Assembly (NCBI GenBank): GCA_052426225.1
Contig: JBNJNM010000011.1
Location: 3,844,001 to 3,908,000 of the forward strand
DNA from: Zancudomyces culisetae HAW-14-8
Taxonomy: Eukaryota > Fungi > Kickxellomycota
Direction: 5' to 3'
Length of the DNA: 64,000 bases
Shown here: positions 11,622 through 22,727 of the stretch, in pieces
Layout: the number at the start of each line of letters is the position of its first letter
Numbering within the stretch: position 1 is the first letter of the stretch
The notes under the pieces: model-generated
Seen by the model: the letters and a program-made list of their open reading frames with translations, nothing else
Told to the model about the DNA's origin: nothing
The model's database searches: none
Translations under genes and position numbers: made by a program

Positions 11622-13335
11622 CTTGCTAAGTTCTATTGTGAAGTATTCGCTCTTATTTTTATATGTGTGCGGTTGTCTGTGCTTATATAATTATGTCTAT
11701 TATGTGTATTATGCTTCTGTGCCGTTGCTACCCTGTTTCCAAAGCCCGAATACTCCTGTACTCCTGCTCACCAAATATGTTGAACCGTTTATTTATATAA
11801 TAACATTGATGTTTGTTGAAAAAAAAATGACGAATTTATTTATGTAGATATGTTGAGCTGTGGTCCTTTTCAATATTGTATTTATACCAGTTTTCTTACT
11901 ATATTACCATACCACCAAATACCATCAAATACCTGTAGTGTTTTGCTTTAATTCGAAAATATTGTATATTTTTTACATTATATTTTTTTACATTGGAGGC
12001 AACGGATCGACGAATACATAAAGGCGTTAAACTGAAAATCACCCAAAAAAATAAATTTATCGCCATGTATAGGCTTAATAAAATTCAGTAATGTCCAAAA
12101 CAGGCTCTAGCTTACCTTATAGCTTACAGCTTTGCTGGGTTTAAGGTTGCCGAATAGCATTCAATTGGTAAAAGACGGGAAGTAAGCCTTAACATTAATA
12201 ATTGCAACCAAATAGCTTTACTATGGGTAGCATTTTTAAGCGATCCGAATTTACTAAACTGTGCGAAATGTTTCCTAGCCTATATAAATTTCATTGATGT
12301 CCATAATAGGCCAATGAAAAGCATAAGCTTTGTTGTAATAGTTTCAGTTTGATTTTTCCTATTTATTTTTTAACTTGCTAACACTGAATGAGCACTAAAA
12401 TTACTCCGAACTTAATGGGATTTACATTAAGTTGACCGATCTATTAAGTGTCGACTTTTAGCAGCAAATACATGGAGATGACAACATCCATATTCACACT
12501 AATTTCATAGTGAACTTTGAAGTTGCTTGTACTACCTTTTTCTATTTCCCCTATAAATTAACATTCCATTTCGCCCTTTTAATATTATTTTTCCACCCGT
12601 TGATTTAATAATCATTAATACTAGGAAAAACGAACACATTAGTTCCATTTCGTCTTCTCTTGATATCAGGCAAAGATTTTTTTTTACTCATTTGCATAAT
12701 AAACCGCTGAAGCATCAAGAAAGTTGAGTTTGTGAAAAAGCGTGGACAAATTACCACCCAAAAAACATGTTCATTGTAAACAATTGGCTCTAAAAACCAT
12801 CCCATACATCTCTTTTTAGTATGTGTCTTACACTAGACAGCCAAACAAAATGTCCCAATATAGAGGTAGTAAAAATGCTTTCATCACATGTGGCATCCTT
12901 AACTAATGTTGGGATTACCATCAAAACGTTCATGTAACAAAATACTACCTTTTTATTTTTTACAACAGAATAGCAGTAGCCGGGTTGGTGCGTATAGCTG
13001 GTATTCCTGTGCATATGCACAAAATGACGATAATTTTTAATTTTTTTAAATTGGTTGTAGAATTTTCTATCATGATATGAACTGTTATACAATAAAGGGG
13101 GTCATTGACTCGAATGTCATAATAATAAAATAACACCACTTAGCACAGATATAAAAGATGTAGTACCAAATACATTTAGGGCTTGGGGAAAAAAATTACA
13201 TGGTATAATTAAATTAAATCTGTATTAGTTTATCAAATGTAGAACATTTTAAAGTAAAGTCCTGGCAAAGGCGGGTTTTCAGAATGAGCTTGTAACAGAA
13301 TAGCTTAGATTCGTCGATACATCGAGACATGGTAC

Positions 13336-13355
13336 GACATGACATGACATGACAT
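13336..13355. repeat. (GACAT)4 microsatellite
   Basis: gacatgacatgacatgacat downstream of the aquaglyceroporin stop. Confidence 0.8.
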
Positions 13356-13443
13356 GGTAAAATGATGAAGTGAGCAGAAAGGTATACCACCTTACGCCGG
13401 ATTTTTTTAAATTTTCTAGGGAAAGGCCGAGGAGGTGGTTATC

Positions 13444-14301
13444 TTAGTCCTCGTTTGGGATGATAACGAGCTCATAGAGGCCAAAGCCAACAATTGCACC
13501 AACGATTGGAGCAACAATTGGATTCCAGAAATAATGGTTTGAAGCAGTGAATGGTTCGCTTCCCCATCCAGCAATTGCAGTGAAGATTCTTGGTCCAAAG
13601 TCACGGGCTGGATTGATGGCATACCCAGTGGTGGTACCAACACAGAGACCAATAGTAAACACCAACAGACCGACAGCAATAGGTGCGTATCCGTTCACGG
13701 GAGTCAATTTGGGCTCAAACATAGATCGAATGACAAACATCAGGATACCAGTGAGCAAACATTCAGTATAAAAGTTATCCCAGGTTGAGTTTTTTGGGTT
13801 GGGGTATGTGCAAAAAATTCCACCTGTGCCATAATCACCACCTACATGTAACTTACCATCTGGAGCGAATGTGTGGAATTGTGGTCTAAATACACCATAT
13901 GTGAGTGCGGCACCAAAAAAGGCACCCAAAACCTGACAAAAAATAAAGCCCGGGACCTTGATCCATGAGAAGTGGCCATAGACGGCGTTGGCGATAGTGA
14001 CTGCCGGATTCAGATGACCACCAGAAACACCCATTGAGATATACAAGGCCATAGCCAAGCCGAATCCCCACCCAAAAGTGATGATTACCCATTTGGCGGG
14101 TGCAAAGGTTTCATTAAAGGTAACAGTGGCAACTACAGTGTTACCAAAGAATAAAAGAAGTGCTGTTCCAAAAAACTCAGCCAAATATTCTCTCATTGCG
14201 TACCTCAGTCCGTAAAGAGGGAAGGCTCTTGGTGGCTTGTTGCCATTTCCCAAAGGCTCATGACTGGCAGAACCGTTCTTTTCTAAACCTGCATCAGACA
14301 T
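13444..14301 (-). CDS. Aquaglyceroporin (MIP/GlpF-like)
   Basis: AEFFGT, SGGHLNPAVT, GIFCTYP and GYAINPARDFGPR. The second NPA is followed by RD, the glyceroporin signature. Six hydrophobic segments. Confidence 0.95.
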   Translation of the reverse strand: MSDAGLEKNGSASHEPLGNGNKPPRAFPLYGLRYAMREYLAEFFGTALLLFFGNTVVATVTFNETFAPAKWVIITFGWGFGLAMALYISMGVSGGHLNPAVTIANAVYGHFSWIKVPGFIFCQVLGAFFGAALTYGVFRPQFHTFAPDGKLHVGGDYGTGGIFCTYPNPKNSTWDNFYTECLLTGILMFVIRSMFEPKLTPVNGYAPIAVGLLVFTIGLCVGTTTGYAINPARDFGPRIFTAIAGWGSEPFTASNHYFWNPIVAPIVGAIVGFGLYELVIIPNED

Positions 14302-14537
14302 TTTTCTTGATCTGTATAATTTAATCTCTTTCTTTCTCTAAAAACTGCTTTCTTTTCCTCCTTAGGTAGGATATAATGAATTTATATTAGCTGAAAGATG
14401 CTTGGATATTTTTTGGGTGTACAAGGGTATGAGGAAAAGCCGTACTATTTATATTGTTTGAGCATGAAAAAAAGGTCAGAAAAATAAAAGTAGTACTACC
14501 CTTCACGGATATATTGAGCATTCCGGTTGTTTTTCTG

Positions 14538-14569
14538 CTCTTCTATTTTTCTACTCTTCTATTTTTCTA
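14538..14569. repeat. 16-bp tandem duplication (CTCTTCTATTTTTCTA)2
   Basis: Two exact adjacent copies upstream of the aquaglyceroporin. Confidence 0.75.
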
Positions 14570-17500
14570 CTGATGCCAACATGTTTCGAAAAAGTTTAGA
14601 ACTCGAAAAAACCATTGGTATAACATCTCTCAAAACGTACATTCGAGAAAAATATTTGAGTATGTGTTTGGCCATAATTGTTAAGTAATAATGGGTATGT
14701 CCAGAATCACCAGAACCAAGACCTTAGGTAATAGTTAGCACTGTGTTTATTTGGAATTGGTATTAAGTAAGGTTGGCAAACTTTTGTAGATTCATGTATT
14801 TTTCGCTCGAACAAAAGCACCAGATCTCTAAAAAAAATTACTAATGAACAATTTTTAGTTATTTTGAGAACTTTAATTCGAATAACAAATTATAATATTA
14901 TTAAATAAAATAAATGGATTGGTAGCGATGGTGGCTTTATTATTAAACAAAAGCTAGAAAAGCCAAAAAGAACGCATTCAATTTCAGCTTGACCAGGCTT
15001 GAGGAAGGTTTAACCAAGCCAATAAGAATTATCCAAACTCAACGATTGGCGTACGAGCAATTTGTAAGGTCCGCTTTTATCTGGCTTGACCAACTTCGCA
15101 GAAAATTTTTTTTGCACAAAGCACAAATCAAAAAAAAATAAAAAGCAAATAACCATTGTGCAAAAAAAATACAAATATTGGAAGACTATTTAAAAACTAA
15201 AAAAAAAGGCCAGCACTAATACTTTTCAAAAGAGGTTTTCATTGGTTGTAAAATATGTTAACGCTTTGGTACTCGCATGATCCAGCTGCTTTTTCAGCTT
15301 CAACTTATTTGTAATGATTGGTAAAGTATTACTTTAAGTACTAAAGTACGTAATAACCTATCACTATTATCTAATTCATTATAAAAGTTAATTTATCTGT
15401 AACATCAGCTATAAAACTATTCGATGATTTACGTTTAGCGAAAACATTCCGTACATAAATAAAAAAAGTAAAGGCTTATTGGAAGCAGTTTACAGTGCAC
15501 GCATTTTATCCACTGATGTTTTTTAACTAGTCATTTTGCTGATTTCCAGATTAAAAAGGAAAATAGAAGCACTGTGTATGAGTTTATTTTATATATGTAT
15601 GCATGTGACTACGTGACTGGAAGTTGCTAAGAAGTATGTAAAACAAATACTAGATAGTGAATAGAAAGTCTGGATATTTTAAGCCGTTGAAAAAAATAAC
15701 ACACAATAGCAGTGAAATGAGCAAATAATGAACCTAGGTTACAATCTATTTGAAGAAGATATCATATAGCTTTTTTTTCACATGCTGCTTACGTAAACGT
15801 ATATAATAATAGTTACATATATGTTAGTCCACCACAACAAAGCACATGTAGACCCTACGCTACAGCACAACATATTTGTAATACCCAAAGTATCAATCAG
15901 GTCAAACCAGGTGATGGCCTGAACAAGAAATATTTAAATGAGCTGTGCTTTTGATTCCTACTGGTCTTCGGTGCCGGATGAAATTTATGTTGGTGCTTTT
16001 CTTACGCTTCCCCCCCTCTCAAGAATCAATAACTGCGCTAAATTCTAACTACTTAAACCAAAAGAACAAACCAAGGTCAGTCCAAAAATTAGATCAGCCT
16101 ATGAATTATATATCAGGGGTAAGCACTCAGCAAGAACCTGCAGTGAAACCTAATTATGCAACGAAAACACCATGGTACCACTATATTTTCTGTGTCATAA
16201 AAACGGGTAGCTTAATTTTTCCAATAGTTTATTTGAAATTTCCCCATTTAGGTTTCGTTCTGATTTAGGAAATGTTTACAACACATGCTTTTGCAATTAG
16301 GTTAGGTGAAGAAAGTCAAAGTTCCTAGAGAAAATTTATCACATGGAATTTAATACAAGCTAATTTTTATTTTTTTTAGCAAAGTGGGCTTATATCCAAA
16401 CAACTACCCGCAAAAATATTACATTCACAGTGATGCGGTAATACTGAGAATCGCCCTTGTTAATTGCGAGGTATATAGCCAAGAAAACGCAAATAAAAAA
16501 CAAAAATACTATCAGCTCGACAATAGAACTGTGATTGAAATTGGAGGGAGGATTCTTTTCGTGTATAATGGCAGCATTTGTGCTGTGGTACATCCGTTAA
16601 CACTGACTCACCTTTATTATTAGATATTATATAATTATGGGTGTATAATATGTGGTCATTTTATTCACAAGTTCATAGCATGATATAGTTTTGACAATAT
16701 TTATACTCAAAAGATTTCATAGAGATTTAGACTTTGAATTTTGAGTATGAACACAGACTTGAGTATGTGAAGGTAACTTATTGTGCATGAGTGTGTATGT
16801 TTGTAACGCTAGATAATTACATATGCTTATTCCCACAAATATTTTCTTTTTACCACTATCGGCTCTTCCAGATAAAGGTATATCGAGTATACAGAGTATG
16901 GAGTCGATGAATACAAAAATAGATCTCTTCCTCCTCCTCTTCTTCTTCCTCCATTATCCGGAACTCTCCTATAAACTAACAGATGCTTGCTACTTACACT
17001 CTCTCTTGCAATTAGCCGATTAAATAGTTCAATATCAGTATAATTTTCTGTACTGGTTGGGTTGAGAGTCCAAAATAAAACAAAATGCAATAAATCTTGG
17101 AAATTCAACTATAATCTCCTCGATTTATTGCCCATCAGGTTATGGCACAGAAAAATGGCAGAGTGTAGACATCAAATGAGGCAGTTTGGATAAGAAAAAG
17201 CAACCCATTTGCCGTTCTTGGGTAAAATAAAGTTGCGGTGGTTTATTTCTGAAATTACCATTATATTATCTAGCTATCTCTTTTCTAAAAAATTGTCATC
17301 AGCGTAAAGATGAGTAGTTACTATTGATTATTGTTCAGCTATTGATGGACAAGGTCCAAAGCTTCTTATGTCTAGCATTCGAGTCGAACACTAAACGTCC
17401 TATACACACATTATGATTACTATTACTATAAGGAGAGTGCTATTGTATTAGAAGACATTTACTAGGTTCTGCAATGTTACCATAATTACAGAAATTAGGA

Positions 17501-17594
17501 CCAAACCTTCAACTTTTATTGATTTTATTCCTGTTTTAACAACTAATCTAAAGCAACAGGACAAAAAAAAAAGATAGTCATGTGACTTTATGGC

Positions 17595-17747
17595 GAAAAA
17601 ATTTTTTTTATTGATCTGTCTCGGTCTGGTACCTGTTTGGCTGGATTTCCTACCTCTGCTTTTCTTTTTATTAGGTTTTGATGTAAAATATCTGAATGTA
17701 ATTGGCAACTACAGTTAAAACACACAGAAAAAAAATTTTTTTTTTCA
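17595..17747. promoter_or_regulatory. Two RRPE-like A-tract/T-tract elements upstream of IMP4
   Basis: GAAAAAATTTTTTTT at 17595-17609 and GAAAAAAATTTTTTTTTTTCA at 17727-17747, 85-240 bp before a ribosome-biogenesis gene. Confidence 0.45.
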
Positions 17748-17831
17748 GTAAAGGTGAAATAAATGGACAACAATAAGAAAAGAGCTAGAAACTAGTAGTT
17801 AGAAATTGTAAAAAGTAGTCCTTGAATAAAA

Positions 17832-18792
17832 ATGCTGAAGCGACAGAATAGATTAAGACGTGAGTATTTGTACAAGAAAAGCGTACAGGAGCAACAGGCG
17901 ACCAAAGATGCTCAAAAAAAGCGTGAGAAGGTGGGACAGATTCTGGAGGAGGGTAAACCAAAGTCGCTCATGTCAAATCAGGAACTAAAAGAGGCACGAG
18001 ATGTTATTAAAAACTTAGCACTTGACCGTGTGCAGCACGATGTGAACGATATTGATGATGAATATCTAAAGGCGGGTGTATATGATCCGAAAGTTGTGAT
18101 TACAACATCACGAGATCCAAGCTCACGTCTTCAGCAATTTGCCAAGGAAATGAGGTTAATCGTTCCGAATTCACAACGAATTAATAGAGGAAACTACGTA
18201 ATTAAAGATCTAGTAGAGACATGCCGAACAAATGAAGTAACTGATCTTGTAATCATCCACGAGCATCGCGGCGAACCTGACGGACTAATTGTCAGCCACT
18301 TGCCGTACGGACCAACAGTATTTTTCACATTGTACAACGTGGTTCTGAGACATGATATCAAAAACGTGGGAAACATGTCAGAGGCGTATCCACATTTAAT
18401 TATGGATAAGTTTAGCAGCAAGCTGGGCAAACGGATCGAAAAGGTACTGAAACATCTATTTCCTGTTCCAAAGGAGGACTCAAAGCGCGTCATGACGTTT
18501 GCCAATCAAAGTGATTTTATCTCATTTCGGTAAGTGAGCAAGTTTTTTCTAAACTCTTTAATTAACACATTGTGTAAATAAATCAATATAATTAACCATA
18601 TAAATGTGTACTGCTAGGCATCATGTATATGTAAAAACAAGTCATAAAAGTGTCGAGTTAGCAGAGGTTGGACCACGATTTGAAATGCGGCCCTATGAGA
18701 TCAAACTGGGAACGATCGATAATCCAGATTCTCAAACCGAATGGGTGCTGCGAAGCTATATGCGTACCAGTAGAAAACGCGATCAACTCTAA
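17832..18792 (+). CDS. IMP4: U3 snoRNP protein Imp4 (Brix domain), 2 exons
   Basis: Exon 1 17832-18529, GTAAGT..TAG intron 18530-18617, exon 2 18618-18792. Motifs MLKRQNRLRREYLY, DPKVVITTSRDPSSRL, HEHRGEPDGL, HLPYGPT, DFISFRHH and ELAEVGPRFEM. Confidence 0.97.
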
Positions 18793-20552
18793 TACGAGGG
18801 ATAGGGGTAGCATTTCAGGTCAAAGAACGAAGGTGGAAATCCAAAGTCTACTCCAAATGCGGCAGCCGAGGCATATGTTTTGTTATGTGAACGCACAAAT
18901 TTGTATAGAGGTGTGGAGAGGTTTGATGAGCCGCAGAAAAAAACACCAATAGATGCACCCGGGTGTACACACGCTAGATTAGGCAATATTTTTGCAAAGT
19001 TCGGGCGGCCATAGTATGTTGGGCAGCTACAGGTGAAGCCGGTGATGGTTTCTGTTTCAGCATCCATTTCTGTTGCCGTTGCTGTATCATCCATAATATG
19101 ATCATGCTCGTGATCATGCTCATTCAGGACGACTTGTCTTATTTGCAGTGGGCTTAAATTTTCTTGCGTCAAATATATTTGAATACTTATAAATGGATTG
19201 CTCGTGTTAGTTTTAAGTTTTGTCATTTCTTCCTCAATCTCTTGCAATTGGTGCGTGATCCACTCAAATCCACTAGACCTACCCTGTGTCTTTGTCCACA
19301 CAAAATATACTCGTCTTAATCTTTGGGAGTATCCTGGTCGCGTGTACTGCAGCCATAGCGATTTGATTACGGATATGAGAGGCACCGCTCCGCTATCCTC
19401 AGCCACCAACAACGCCACATCGTATTTAGTCATATCTGCTTGATCTACCACACCAGCTCCAAATGGCCCATCAACAACTAGCCCCGGAAGTCTGAACCTA
19501 CTCAATTTAATCTTCATCTTCTCATTATCATCGACCATGTTCACCCCAGCTCCCACCAGTCGACATAACCTACCTGTCCATCTGCCTACCGCACGCATGT
19601 GTATTGTCATGACCTCCTCCTCTGGTGCCGATGTCAATGTGAATGGATGCCACTCATTTACTGATACTTCCGGACAGTTGACCAATACGTATTGCCCTGC
19701 AACGTGTTTCTTTTTTGCCTTCATTTGTATCTCTACAACTCTGTTTGGGTGAAGTACAACCTTGCTGATCCGCACCTTTCGTACTGACTGTATCTGCCGC
19801 ATTATTCTCTCCAGTAAATATATGACTGCGGGGCCCAAAATATACTTCCATGTTGATCCACTTCTTCTGCAATACGGCGGTGTATCAGTCTTGTACATGC
19901 AAAACGACCCATGAACCAACATAATCCCAATCACTATATACTTTATTTTGTCTACGTAACCAATTATCCTATAATTGTCTGTTTTACGCAACCACCACAT
20001 CACTACCCCTACTAAAACCATCATCAACGTCATAATATGCCCCGTCACCGATGCCCCATTTTTCATCAGCATTTCCATAAACTGTTTACCATTTTTTTCT
20101 GCTTTCTGATATAGTACCACGTATTGCGCCACAATATGCGCTGCCCCAACCACCACCACAGTCCACATCATCTTTCTGCGTAGCTTTTTGCCACCATCAT
20201 TTCCCACCACGTATTCCTTTATCCATTTTCCAATACTGTTCTTCATTGTACATAGTTTGCTTAGTGTTAGCTTGCACTCCAGGAAAATCAGCATTGCCAC
20301 AAATACTTGTATTATCATTGCCGTTCCTTGTCCAAATACGAACCACTTTCCATGCTGGCTTCGCTCCCCTTCCCACACTTTCTCCTTTGCATATATCTCG
20401 ATTGCTGCCACTTTGATTCCAACCAACAGCCCGATCCATAGTAGCGTCATCATCCACGCCTTACCCTCAACTCTGATCCATCCAACCACTCTCCGATGCA
20501 ACCTGGTCGTACCTTTTTTGCTTGAAAATATGTTGCTATTGTTTTTTATCAT
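18789..20552 (-). CDS. NADPH oxidase (NoxB/gp91phox-like) homolog with degenerate catalytic motifs
   Basis: TM region with TGHIM and LVHGSFCM, FAD motifs EWHPFTLTSAPEE and HMRAVG, plus VDGPFG, TYYGRPNF and GVFFCG. 587-aa uninterrupted ORF; see findings for the lost residues. Confidence 0.88.
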   Translation of the reverse strand: MIKNNSNIFSSKKGTTRLHRRVVGWIRVEGKAWMMTLLWIGLLVGIKVAAIEIYAKEKVWEGERSQHGKWFVFGQGTAMIIQVFVAMLIFLECKLTLSKLCTMKNSIGKWIKEYVVGNDGGKKLRRKMMWTVVVVGAAHIVAQYVVLYQKAEKNGKQFMEMLMKNGASVTGHIMTLMMVLVGVVMWWLRKTDNYRIIGYVDKIKYIVIGIMLVHGSFCMYKTDTPPYCRRSGSTWKYILGPAVIYLLERIMRQIQSVRKVRISKVVLHPNRVVEIQMKAKKKHVAGQYVLVNCPEVSVNEWHPFTLTSAPEEEVMTIHMRAVGRWTGRLCRLVGAGVNMVDDNEKMKIKLSRFRLPGLVVDGPFGAGVVDQADMTKYDVALLVAEDSGAVPLISVIKSLWLQYTRPGYSQRLRRVYFVWTKTQGRSSGFEWITHQLQEIEEEMTKLKTNTSNPFISIQIYLTQENLSPLQIRQVVLNEHDHEHDHIMDDTATATEMDAETETITGFTCSCPTYYGRPNFAKILPNLACVHPGASIGVFFCGSSNLSTPLYKFVRSHNKTYASAAAFGVDFGFPPSFFDLKCYPYPSY

Positions 20553-21526
20553 TTTTTAGTACTATTTGCCAATATCTTGTATTATCCAACTAGATAAACA
20601 TTCTGACTTTTATGCCTCTTCTTGTTACTTTTTTTTCAAAAACTTCATTTCCTAGATTAATATAGCTATTTCATTGCCTTTATTGCTAACAACCATCATG
20701 CCCCTATAATCTGTAAATGCTAAATCCTGTTTTCCATTGGAGTTTGCCTACATTCAACAATCAAATTCCAATTGTCCTCAACAATCACTTCGATTTCCCA
20801 ATTGCTCGTTAATCCACCTCTTCAAAATTTTTTTTCCTTTCTTACTTTTTTTTGTGGTAAATGGATTTATGATGGCCTTTTCAAAAGCTCAGAGATTCTT
20901 GTTTACTTAGCTATTCATTATAGATTTTCTTTTCCTCAAGTTTATATAAACTTGACCATATTTTACCTTCATACCTAAATAATGGGATTTTACCATTAAC
21001 GATATGGCAAAAGTAAAAAAACCGGAGTATACTACAGAGCCTTACATCCCTATTTTGTTGGATGCAACCATTTTGCATGTTACTCGTTTTCTCTTTTTTT
21101 ATCGTTTTACTTGGTTTGACAACCCCTTCTTACTCTTTCTCTTGGATAAAAGTTCACACTTTCAATACCACTATATCCCGCAATAAAAGGTATGTGTAGT
21201 TATTCCTGTACTCATCCAGTGACCAAACTTTGCTCCTGTTCCCGCAAATCTGAGCTCTGGGGCTTTTCGACCAAATAAAAAAATTTTATCCATATCTTTT
21301 TTTTTTGATTGTGATTTGATTTTTCTGCCTGAAGTTAACCAACGAAATTCAACCTATAGCTGAGACACTTTTGCTCATCAAAGTTGATTTTCCAGTTCCT
21401 ATATTTCAATACAATACAATACAACACAGATACAAATAATATCAAAAACAGATTCTACATTTTAACAAAACTTTCACGTGGTCCAAGGAGCTGTACTAGA
21501 ACAGAAAAAAAATCCTCATCACCAAA

Positions 21527-22391
21527 ATGCCTTCCTTTACTAGTTCGATGGATCATCGTCGCGCATTACTGCGCAATCTTACCACCTCATTGATCAAACA
21601 TGGCCGCATAGAAACCACAGTCGCAAAAGCCAAAGAAGTCCGACGTCACGTTGAACGAGTAAGTAAATCCCCCCTCCCTCCCACATTTTTCTGCTTTCGA
21701 ACTACTGGACGGTTGTGGTTTTAGTCGTTGTAATTCAGTATAAAATGTAAAATCGCTTTTTCCGAATGATCGCTCTTGATCTTTGTGTAAACGAATAATG
21801 AAAAAATAGATGATTACAATTGCAAAACAAGATAACCCACATACAAGGCACCTCGTTTCAAAATGGATGTTCGAGCCGACTACCACAATGCCTATCCTCT
21901 TCGACCAGCTGGGAAAACGCTTTGCGGATCGACCTGGGGGCTACACCCGTATGCACAAAATCGGATTTCGTCATAATGATCGTGCTCCGATAGCCGTCAT
22001 CGAAATTCTTAAAACTGACATGCCCGACTCCGATCTTGGTTTTAAATTAACACTACGCAAGTTGGCGGCAGCCCAAATACAGCAGAACACAACCGGAAAT
22101 AGCAAAATTGTGGACCAAATCTTGGCCTCGATTCAAAACGTTGAAGATAGTAGCAACCAGGAAGATGGAAGCTCGCCATTTACACGCGACCTTCCACGAA
22201 CGGACAAATTCACTTTTAAAAAGGCTGTAAACATACGCCGTAGGGACCATCGCTTTGCAGTAAAAGTTTCCAAGCTCCTCAAAAACTACAATCTTACTGC
22301 TGGACAACTTCAAGAACAAGTTGATTTGGAATGTAACAATCTATCCGGTTTGTCATTATCTACATCGGCTTCTACTCAACCAACTAACTAA
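21527..22391 (+). CDS. MRPL17: Mitochondrial ribosomal protein bL17m, 2 exons (start uncertain)
   Basis: Exon 1 21527-21658 ([28 protein letters not shown]), GTAAGT..TAG intron 21659-21809, exon 2 with [12 protein letters not shown] and DRAPIAVIE. Confidence 0.9.
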
Positions 22392-22727
22392 CCACCCCTT
22401 ATACTCGTGATTTGTTTGGTTAGTTCATCAAGTTTATAGCATTGAGTTTGAAGAATTACTTTATTTTTTAGCTCATAGCTCTTTACATTGTTTAACTTGA
22501 ATTACTAGAAATTTACATTATTTTACTTTTTTGGTACTCTCGATGCCCATAAATGTTGTTTATATCTACCCAGGTACATTAATACGTGGTGAAGAGATAC
22601 CTTATGGCCTGTTGTAGTCAAAGCTAAGTCCAACTATCAATTTTCTGATTTACATACAAAATACAGTCTATAAACCAACGGGTAAACTATGATTACATTA
22701 AATGACTCTAAAAGAAACCAGAACAAG

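Noticed and set aside
13444-14301. Bacterial origin of the aquaglyceroporin (GlpF-like WVIITFGWG, intronless)
   Set aside because: The same motifs occur in fungal aquaglyceroporins and many neighbours are intronless. Horizontal transfer cannot be claimed without a phylogeny.
16823-17135. Short ORFs with a GA-rich tract (GGRRRGGGR or poly-Glu)
   Set aside because: Driven by a purine-rich low-complexity run, with no credible start or homology.
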